Source: Candidatus Heimdallarchaeota archaeon
GTDB taxonomy: Archaea > Asgardarchaeota > Heimdallarchaeia > Heimdallarchaeales > Heimdallarchaeaceae
NCBI GenBank assembly: GCA_019057375.1
Contig: DXJF01000006.1
Location: forward strand, 1-11,700
Direction of reading: 5' to 3'
DNA length: 11,700 bases
Shown here: positions 1-6,546 of the stretch, piece after piece
How the letters are laid out: each line of letters opens with the position of its first letter
Position numbering within the stretch: position 1 is the stretch's first letter
Translations under genes and position numbers: made by a program
The notes under the pieces: generated by a model
Databases searched by the model: none
Seen by the model: only the letters and a program-made list of their open reading frames with translations
Told to the model about the DNA's origin: nothing

Positions 1-474
1 CCGCAACATATAAAATATGTATCCCACCAGCACAACTGTAAAACCAACCAAAGGTATGATAGCAATATAAGAGAAATTTGTAAAGAACGAAATGATAGTT
101 ATAATAATTGGTGAAAACCATATTATGAACATTGGCCATGCCCAATTTTTTTGACCTACATGTTTATGTAAATGGGATTTGCTCCATTTATCTACAGACA
201 ACAGTTTCTCGATGGCCTTCCCTGTCTCTTTATCTTCTGTAGTTTCCTTGACTTTGAAATAACAGTATTTACATATTGTTAATGGCATTAGCAAAAAGAA
301 AAACAAAATAGAAAATATCAAATACCCCACAGCAGCCCACAAATTAAGATAATATATCCCCCATGTGCCAAGAGCTATTTTTACTGGAATAATCAGTAAA
401 TTTATAGGTTTATAGAAGGGACATTTTGGGATTATTCCAAGAAAAGAGAGTTTGGGATCTTGCTCAGCAACCAT
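1..474 (-). CDS. Uncharacterised 4-TM Cys/His-motif membrane protein, paralog A (3' end runs off the window)
   Basis: Not in the ORF track. Manual translation is open from 480 to the window edge: (MN)MVAEQDPKLSFLGIIPKCPFYKPINLL...ICKYCYF...LHKHVGQKNW...FYMLR. Hand alignment gives about 58% identity to 748..1281. ATG at 474 aligns with the paralog's Met and has the same TATA spacing; ATG at 480 is the alternative. Confidence 0.9.
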   Translation of the reverse strand, partial: MVAEQDPKLSFLGIIPKCPFYKPINLLIIPVKIALGTWGIYYLNLWAAVGYLIFSILFFFLLMPLTICKYCYFKVKETTEDKETGKAIEKLLSVDKWSKSHLHKHVGQKNWAWPMFIIWFSPIIITIISFFTNFSYIAIIPLVGFTVVLVGYIFYMLR

Positions 475-504
475 ATTCATTCACAATTAGACTAAATTTA
501 CATA

Positions 505-535
505 TAATTAAACTTAGCTAGTAATTTTCGCTCAA
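505..535 (-). promoter_or_regulatory. Putative archaeal promoter of paralog A (TTTAATTA box at 512..505 plus upstream block)
   Basis: The TATA-like box ends 31 nt before ATG 474. The block is similar to 1313..1341 upstream of paralog B. Confidence 0.55.
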
Positions 536-615
536 TGGTGGGTAAAAATCACTTTCTCCTAGAAATTCATTGTACTGTTCTTCAGAATTTAATTAGAAGG
601 CTATTCGGCATTTCT

Positions 616-705
616 AGGTTTCCATTGGAACAAATTACTGAAGCACACAACTATGTCGAAAAAGGGCACAAAAAGGGAAATGTAGTAATTACTCTACAGC
701 AGTAG
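616..705 (+). pseudogene. 3'-end remnant of an MDR (NAD(P)-dependent alcohol dehydrogenase/quinone reductase-like) gene
   Basis: Translates [29 protein letters not shown], 16/29 identical to the C-terminus of 6547..7539. DNA 652..686 matches 7468..7502 at 33/35 nt. The upstream in-frame sequence from ATG 535 is unrelated to MDR. Confidence 0.85.
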
Positions 706-710
706 ATTTA

Positions 711-735
711 ATTACTTTTTTTTCTTATATTTTCA
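711..735 (+). terminator. Oligo-T tract (T8 at 716..723), archaeal-type terminator candidate
   Basis: The T run lies just after the MDR-remnant stop, between convergent stop codons. Confidence 0.4.
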
Positions 736-747
736 CTATTTTTGGTC

Positions 748-1281
748 TTAAAAAGCTGAATGGCAGTACTCTCTGATAGGACATTCTGGACATTTTACCT
801 TCAACATATAGAAGAAATTACCAACTACTGCAACTATAAAACTGAGTAAAGGTATTAGAGGTATTAAACCATAGAGTGAGTAATTTGAAACAACCCCAAT
901 GATAGTTAGAACAATAGGTGATATCCATACTAAGAACATTGCCCATGACCAATTCTTTTGACCTGCATGCTTATGTAAAAGTGTTTTACCCCATACATCT
1001 ACGTCCATCAGCTTCTTTGTAGTCTTCCCTGTCTCTTCATCTGTTGAAGATTCAATAATTCTGAAATAACAATGTTTACACATTGTAAATGGCATTAATA
1101 CAAAGTAGAACAAAAGAGAATATACTAAATACGAAACAGCTGCCCATATATTAAGGTAATATGATCCCCAGGTACCAAGAGCAATTAGAACTAAAATAAT
1201 CATTAAAGATGTAGGTTTATAAAACGGACACCTTGGGATATATCCTAAGAAGAAAAACGTAGATTTCTGATTTTCAGCCAT
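748..1281 (-). CDS. Uncharacterised 4-TM Cys/His-motif membrane protein, paralog B (177 aa)
   Basis: Four hydrophobic segments. Motifs are C18, C68-x2-C71, H103-x-H105 and C164-x2-C167-x5-C173-H174. Conserved with paralog A. Confidence 0.9.
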   Translation of the reverse strand: MAENQKSTFFFLGYIPRCPFYKPTSLMIILVLIALGTWGSYYLNIWAAVSYLVYSLLFYFVLMPFTMCKHCYFRIIESSTDEETGKTTKKLMDVDVWGKTLLHKHAGQKNWSWAMFLVWISPIVLTIIGVVSNYSLYGLIPLIPLLSFIVAVVGNFFYMLKVKCPECPIREYCHSAF

Positions 1282-1312
1282 ATTGATTCACGACCAGATT
1301 TATTTGACTTTT

Positions 1313-1395
1313 TATTTAAACTTGCCTAGCTTTTCTCTCAAAGTTAAACAAATTATCAAGATTCATAGCTTTGAGGTAATTCTTTTATTTATAAA
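1313..1395. promoter_or_regulatory. Divergent promoter region: TTTAAATA (- strand, 1320..1313) and TTTATAAA (+ strand, 1388..1395)
   Basis: Consensus archaeal TATA boxes 32 nt before ATG 1281 and about 38 nt before TTG 1433. A 7-bp inverted repeat, CTCAAAG/CTTTGAG (1337..1343 and 1369..1375), lies between them. Confidence 0.55.
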
Positions 1396-1432
1396 CGGGA
1401 TATGAGCAAAAGAACAACTGAGAGACGATTAA

Positions 1433-2329
1433 TTGGCAGATAATCTTACATTAGGAATCATATTTGCTCTTTCTGCAGGAATTGCAAATAATATTGGAGC
1501 TCTTCTTCAAAAACATGCTATAAATAAAATACCCAAAGAAGAAAGAGAAAAGGAATTCTTCAAGAAGTTATTAAAAAATCCTTACTGGGTTTTAGGATTA
1601 ATATTAATTTTGGGTGCAAGCGGTGCATTGTTTTCCTTAGCTCATGTATTTATTGGAGGAGCATTGATTCCAGGTCTTTCTGCCGTAGGATTGATTGTTC
1701 TAACTGTTGGTGCAGTTAAGATCCTTGGAGAAAAACTAAATGTTACAGAGTATATTGGTATGGCATCAATGATAGCTGGTATAGTGCTAATAGGTTTGAG
1801 TGCTCTGGAAATAACTGATGGAGATATGGTTAACTTAACAGATACATATTTTCTGATTCGTTTAGCAATTTATTCAGTAGTCTTTTTCATACTTTGGATT
1901 ACAAGCAGACAATTAGGCAAAAGAGTGGAAAAGGGAAAAACAATCTTTTTAGCTTTAGGTGCAGGTTTTCCATTTGCATTGACTAATGCTTGGTTGCAAC
2001 CTTTTATTTTCCTTTTTAGAGAGCTCATCAAGGGAAATTTTACAACACTAAATATCATACTTTTCATAATTTCCCTCTTAATAGTTGGAGTTATCAGTAT
2101 GCTTGGAATTGCACATATGCAAGATGCATTCAGGCATGGTAATGCAAGCATTGTATATCCTTTAGGTGGGGTACCGCAGCAAGTAGCTCCAGTAATCCTT
2201 TTCTATGGAATTTACTTGAAAAGCTCTCCACAAACATACTCAATATACATACTCATAGTGGGAATCATAATTGTACTAACTGCAGGTTTCTTACTAGGTA
2301 GAAAGCAAGGGCTTCTAGAAACAATGTAA
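1433..2329 (+). CDS. DMT-superfamily transporter, NIPA/EamA-like (298 aa, TTG start)
   Basis: About nine hydrophobic segments. GALLQKHA and W-x-LGL motifs and the LGEKL turn are typical of NIPA-like DMT proteins. An in-frame TAA at 1430 makes TTG 1433 the first possible start. Substrate cannot be determined. Confidence 0.85.
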   Translation: MADNLTLGIIFALSAGIANNIGALLQKHAINKIPKEEREKEFFKKLLKNPYWVLGLILILGASGALFSLAHVFIGGALIPGLSAVGLIVLTVGAVKILGEKLNVTEYIGMASMIAGIVLIGLSALEITDGDMVNLTDTYFLIRLAIYSVVFFILWITSRQLGKRVEKGKTIFLALGAGFPFALTNAWLQPFIFLFRELIKGNFTTLNIILFIISLLIVGVISMLGIAHMQDAFRHGNASIVYPLGGVPQQVAPVILFYGIYLKSSPQTYSIYILIVGIIIVLTAGFLLGRKQGLLETM

Positions 2330-2346
2330 GTAGAAAAAGATGAAAA

Positions 2347-2384
2347 GATGAATTTCATAGAACATTAATCCACTTAAATTCATC
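2347..2384. repeat. 9-bp perfect inverted repeat GATGAATTT-N20-AAATTCATC between convergent genes
   Basis: Arms at 2347..2355 and 2376..2384. Possible terminator or RNA stability hairpin. Confidence 0.35.
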
Positions 2385-2418
2385 CTGTATCGAGTAATTC
2401 TTCGATTGGAATCTTTAT

Positions 2419-2595
2419 TTAACCTTTCCTAGGAATCAGATATACTGATAACGACCATAGAGCAATTATAATAGCTATGGAAAGAGGGATTATTCCAATC
2501 CACCAAACTGAAGGAACTAGTATTATTATTAGGACTCCTGCAGTTAAGAAACCTAAAACCATTAGTGTAATATAGAGTAAATCGTTTTTGTTCAT
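2419..2595 (-). CDS. Small two-TM membrane peptide, copy 1 (58 aa, MNKNDLLYITL...)
   Basis: A paralog exists at 7734..7913 (31/58 identical). A GGTGA RBS upstream of ATG 2595 favours this start over 2607. Confidence 0.85.
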   Translation of the reverse strand: MNKNDLLYITLMVLGFLTAGVLIIILVPSVWWIGIIPLSIAIIIALWSLSVYLIPRKG

Positions 2596-2675
2596 CTGGA
2601 TCACCATTTCAATGTAATTTCGAGGTTGCCTTGTTACTCATATTGCTTTAATATGAATTTTTCAGATATATAACG

Positions 2676-4082
2676 TTAAATTGAATCAGCATTAAGTAAG
2701 AGTTGCAAAGCAACTTCCTTAATTCTTTGAACGGTTTTAGTATCAATTTGTTCTTCTGCAAAATCAAGCAATAAACTCATTTTACCTGAACAAGTAACTA
2801 CTCCCACTACAAGATTAACAGTAACCAATGGAAATCCTGCTCCAGGATGTACTATCAGTCTATCTAACTCAAGATCACCAAATGTTGATGGGAAATTCAT
2901 TCTAGTAAGATTCGTTACAGCTGTTCCAATGTTAACATTCTCAATTGTTTCAGTTTTGCTTCGTTTTAATAGTGATACAATAGTATCATCTCTTTTGCTA
3001 AATTCAGAAATTTTATCATATCTAGATTGCTCAGGTTTAACTAGATGTCCCAGAATTTTGTAGGGTTTAGATTCAATTAGACTAGCTTCTAATTTAGTAA
3101 ATAAGAGTGGATTCTTGAAGTAATTATTATCTGTATATAATTTTGTAACCTTCTTATGGAAAAACTCAGCATTTTCCCAAATAGATTTTTTAGTGTCATA
3201 TTTAAACTTAAGATTAACAATACTTGCATAGAAACCCATTCCTTCTTCCTCTGGAGGTTGAAGTCGGTTTCTGAGATTAACTGCTACTGCAACATTTGAA
3301 CTGAATGGTTTTTCACCTTGAACAATTTTTTGTGCACCCATAAATGCTGCTGTTAGAGCTGAGTTAACAGATACACTGTTGCTTTTGCAGTTCTGAATTA
3401 ACTGTTTTGTCTCTAGTTCAGACAATTCTACTGAAATGGATTTGTGGGTAAGATTCTTCCAGTATGCTTCATGTAGATTGATATAATCTTCCTGATCAAA
3501 TACAATTTCTTCAGCTTTCCATTTACGGTTAATTCTGTCAAGCAATTTCATCACAAGTCCATTTAGTTTTTGATTTTCTGGAATAGTTTTTCGAGATACA
3601 GGCAATGAATCTTCCAATATTTCTATTTCCTTATCTTGATCTCCTAGATGTTCCATGAGATCTCTTGCAAGATAAGCTAGTGAGATCCCATCGCAAATAA
3701 CATGATGACAAAAAATCATTACATCAGATATATCATCAGAGTGAATCAAATAAAACCGAATGAGTGGTTCTTTATCTAACTCAAATGGTTGTAGACAAGC
3801 TTTGTCATAAACATCAATCCAAGTATTATTATCTTCACGAGGAAGAAGTTCTATTGGGATTTCTATAACCCCTTCTGAAGTAAACCAATATTGTTGATTT
3901 TCATCCATCTCTATTCTAACTTCTAGAAGAGAATGGCGTTGTTGAACTTTATCAACTGCATTTCTTAGCATTTCTTCTGTAATTCTACCTTTGATTCTTG
4001 TAACCATAGCAACTACGGAATAGGGAGAGATATTCAACATACGTTCCCATGCAGTAATTTTTCGTTTGTAAGTTTCGTTCAT
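2676..4082 (-). CDS. Stand-alone condensation-domain / CoA-dependent acyltransferase (PapA5 / alcohol acetyltransferase-like)
   Basis: HHxxxDG catalytic motif (FCHHVICDG), LR-x-AV-x-x-V-x-x-RH-x-LL N-terminal motif, SVNSALTAA, VNLRNRL and TNL motifs. ATG 4082 is preferred over TTG 4091. Confidence 0.85.
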   Translation of the reverse strand: MNETYKRKITAWERMLNISPYSVVAMVTRIKGRITEEMLRNAVDKVQQRHSLLEVRIEMDENQQYWFTSEGVIEIPIELLPREDNNTWIDVYDKACLQPFELDKEPLIRFYLIHSDDISDVMIFCHHVICDGISLAYLARDLMEHLGDQDKEIEILEDSLPVSRKTIPENQKLNGLVMKLLDRINRKWKAEEIVFDQEDYINLHEAYWKNLTHKSISVELSELETKQLIQNCKSNSVSVNSALTAAFMGAQKIVQGEKPFSSNVAVAVNLRNRLQPPEEEGMGFYASIVNLKFKYDTKKSIWENAEFFHKKVTKLYTDNNYFKNPLLFTKLEASLIESKPYKILGHLVKPEQSRYDKISEFSKRDDTIVSLLKRSKTETIENVNIGTAVTNLTRMNFPSTFGDLELDRLIVHPGAGFPLVTVNLVVGVVTCSGKMSLLLDFAEEQIDTKTVQRIKEVALQLLLNADSI

Positions 4083-4149
4083 TTTAATCAAACTTTAAGT
4101 TTCTTTACAAGCAATTTTTTTGCTTTCTAAGTGTGCTTGTACATGAGCT

Positions 4150-4196
4150 TATTTAAACATTTCTGAATTTTTCAAAAATTTAGAAAAGTATAAATA
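4150..4196. promoter_or_regulatory. 47-bp inverted repeat containing two back-to-back BRE/TATA elements (divergent promoter/operator)
   Basis: 23-bp arms centred on C4173 match at 20/23 positions. TTTAAATA is on the - strand (4157..4150) and TATAAATA on the + strand (4189..4196), each preceded by AGAAA. Confidence 0.7.
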
Positions 4197-4230
4197 GTGG
4201 TTTTTGTAACTAGTATATAGGACAAGAAAA

Positions 4231-5334
4231 ATGATAACAGAGAAAATCAAGAGAGAATTCATAAAATTCATGGAAGAAACACATAAAGACTTAATCTACC
4301 CAACAAACTACATCGGAGTTCTTATGGCAGTTTTCATTGAACAAAAACCAATTGCTCAAGATAGAATAAGAGAGTTAACCGGATACTCTATTACAACAAT
4401 ATCCCAAAATTTAAAGCTAATAGTTAGCAATCAGCTTGTTGATAGAATTAAAGAACCGAAGGTTAGGAAGAAGTTTTATACGGTCTCTGTTACCCCCCGA
4501 ATTTTTATGTATGATTTCTTTAAGTCAATTATTGAATCTTATGAAGATAAAGTAGACTTCATACCTCCTTTAATTGAGAAAGTATCAGAATACTCTCAAA
4601 AACATGAAAAATTCCAGAGATTTCAAGATTTCTTAAAAAAGATTTATGAGATGTCAGAGGTGTTCATGAAACTTCATACAAATACGAAACAAGAGCTTAA
4701 GGACTTGATCATAACAGGTCAAACAAATGGAACTTCATTGCTTGATTATAGTTTGCTAGAATCTCCTGAGTACTTAGATCATCTTAAGAAACTTGTTCAA
4801 CAACCTCAAATTCCTCAAGAAGAGTTATATCAATCATTTCAATCTGAAGAGTTGTCAAAGATATATAACCAATTGAAAAACAAATTTTATCAAAAATTCC
4901 GAGCAAATCTGACCTCATCTCAATTAATGTCTGCACGTACAGTTATAGGAACTGAATTATTGTTAGAAAATAGACCTATTACTCAAGCAGAAATTGAAAC
5001 TACAACTAACTATGCAAGAAGTCTTATTTCTGATGTTTTGAACCTTCTACTAAACTACAAAATGGTTCGTTTAATAAAGAAACCAGGAGATAATAAGAAA
5101 TATTACATGATAAATCAATCTTGGGAAACTAGGTTACTTAATAGATTGACTATCTCTAAAAGATATGCATTTAATGTGAGTCAAAGAATCTCAAAAATGC
5201 TAATCCAACTCAAAAAAGATAAATCGAGTGATGAAAGGATATCATTACTAGATACTCTATCCCATATTCAGCATTCTTTTATTCAATTTGAGCAATATTA
5301 TAAATTTCTGGAAATGAGATATATTAAAAGATAG
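4231..5334 (+). CDS. Transcriptional regulator with two tandem GbsR/MarR-like winged-helix domains (367 aa)
   Basis: Internal repeat KPIAQDRIRELTGYSITTISQNLKLI...KEPKVRKKFY versus RPITQAEIETTTNYARSLISDVLNLL...KKPGDNKKYY. Each copy resembles the GbsR/MJ1563-type wHTH. Confidence 0.75.
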   Translation: MITEKIKREFIKFMEETHKDLIYPTNYIGVLMAVFIEQKPIAQDRIRELTGYSITTISQNLKLIVSNQLVDRIKEPKVRKKFYTVSVTPRIFMYDFFKSIIESYEDKVDFIPPLIEKVSEYSQKHEKFQRFQDFLKKIYEMSEVFMKLHTNTKQELKDLIITGQTNGTSLLDYSLLESPEYLDHLKKLVQQPQIPQEELYQSFQSEELSKIYNQLKNKFYQKFRANLTSSQLMSARTVIGTELLLENRPITQAEIETTTNYARSLISDVLNLLLNYKMVRLIKKPGDNKKYYMINQSWETRLLNRLTISKRYAFNVSQRISKMLIQLKKDKSSDERISLLDTLSHIQHSFIQFEQYYKFLEMRYIKR

Positions 5335-5408
5335 GAATGCCAAATCAAAATCAAATGGAATTAATCGTAGGATAGATATTGAAAGAATAGAAAGAAATAC
5401 AGAGAAGT

Positions 5409-6104
5409 TTAACTATCTTTGAAACATTTCTTCCAATCTTCTTCATAAAGTTCTGGATTGGCTAAAAGAACAAAGACTTGAAGAATATCTATCGTTTTAC
5501 TCATTCCTACATAGGATGTTTCAGTAAAGAGATCTGGATTTTTTTCACCAGTTTCTTCCAAAATTGTAGAAACTTCAGTAACTACTTTAGTGAAAATTTC
5601 TATAATTAAATCTTTCAGACATTCTTCAGAGACTGAATTAAATTTAGGATAAATCTTTAGTATGCTACTTACCATATTAATAAGATCATTGCCAGCATCA
5701 GTTTCCCAATATTTTCTAGACGAATCAATAGTGTAGAATACGGTACCAGTTCTACTGTAAAGAATTTTGGTAACATTTTTTTCCACATCAACCTTTCGAC
5801 CAGCTTTAGCAACTAACCCTCCTTTTTCGAGAAGTTTAACGTAACGATATATTGTCATTTCATTCTTAGGTTTTTCAACAAGAAGGTTGTAACCTTCTCG
5901 TATTTCTTTTATAGTTAATGGACCACTTCTTAAGACATTAATAATGGGGAATAATTTCCGATCATTAAGTAAATCATACACTTTACGTTTTACTGTCTTT
6001 TCTTCTCCAGTTTTAGCATCTTTAATAGCTTCTTCAAATTCATCTTCTCCTGAAATAATTTTAACAAAAGGAGGAGAGTAAGTTATGACATTTTGTAAAG
6101 ACAT
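5409..6104 (-). CDS. ArsR-like winged-helix transcriptional regulator with C-terminal helical domain
   Basis: IINVLRSGPLTIKEI...TIYRYVKLLEKGGLV...LYSRT wHTH pattern. ATG 6104; GTG 6113 is the alternative. Confidence 0.75.
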   Translation of the reverse strand: MSLQNVITYSPPFVKIISGEDEFEEAIKDAKTGEEKTVKRKVYDLLNDRKLFPIINVLRSGPLTIKEIREGYNLLVEKPKNEMTIYRYVKLLEKGGLVAKAGRKVDVEKNVTKILYSRTGTVFYTIDSSRKYWETDAGNDLINMVSSILKIYPKFNSVSEECLKDLIIEIFTKVVTEVSTILEETGEKNPDLFTETSYVGMSKTIDILQVFVLLANPELYEEDWKKCFKDS

Positions 6105-6146
6105 ATTTTTCACATAAATATTTTCTAAGTTATGTTTATTTCACAT

Positions 6147-6261
6147 ATTTATAAATGTTTTTATTTATTTGAACTGCTATTTTATATTTTTGTGGCAAAA
6201 AGTTCTTTTTCCAAAACATTTATATAATAAAATGTTAAAGTGTTCTCAACTAATGAGAATA
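6147..6261. promoter_or_regulatory. Divergent promoter region with TATA boxes and palindromic operator candidates
   Basis: ATTTATAAAT palindrome/TATA at 6147..6156. TTTATATA at 6219..6226 lies inside AACATTT-N8-AAATGTT (6215..6236). TTCTCA-N5-TGAGAA at 6243..6259 is near the expected start site. Confidence 0.55.
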
Positions 6262-6273
6262 TTGGTGTAAAAA

Positions 6274-6510
6274 ATGACAACTAAAATAACTCATCCAAAT
6301 CAAGAAACAGGTATTAATTCAGCATTTCTAGCTGTAAGACTTTATAACAGGTCAAGAGTCATAATTAGAAGAAAACAAGTAGTAAACAAAAATTCTAAGA
6401 TATCACTTTCAGAACAAAAGAAAATCCCAAAGAACATCTCCAAACAAGTTAGAGATCAAAAAGACAAAGCAATATCAAATGCACTACTTCTGTTTGGAAC
6501 CATTCACTGA
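6274..6510 (+). CDS. Small basic hypothetical protein (78 aa)
   Basis: Preceded by a TATA box and a GGTG RBS-like site, and first ORF of a co-oriented run. No recognisable family. Confidence 0.55.
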   Translation: MTTKITHPNQETGINSAFLAVRLYNRSRVIIRRKQVVNKNSKISLSEQKKIPKNISKQVRDQKDKAISNALLLFGTIH

Positions 6511-6546
6511 AATAACTTGAATCAAAGCAAAAATAGAGGAATAAAA

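Noticed and set aside
518-592. Minus-strand protein-like 24-codon stretch ([24 protein letters not shown])
   Set aside because: No start codon, no recognisable homolog, and its end overlaps the conserved promoter block.
1402-1443. 13-aa upstream ORF overlapping the DMT start
   Set aside because: Its ATG is only 6 nt after the TATA box and so probably lies upstream of the transcription start.
1870-2151. 93-aa minus-strand ORF
   Set aside because: Antisense shadow inside the well-supported DMT gene, with no motifs.
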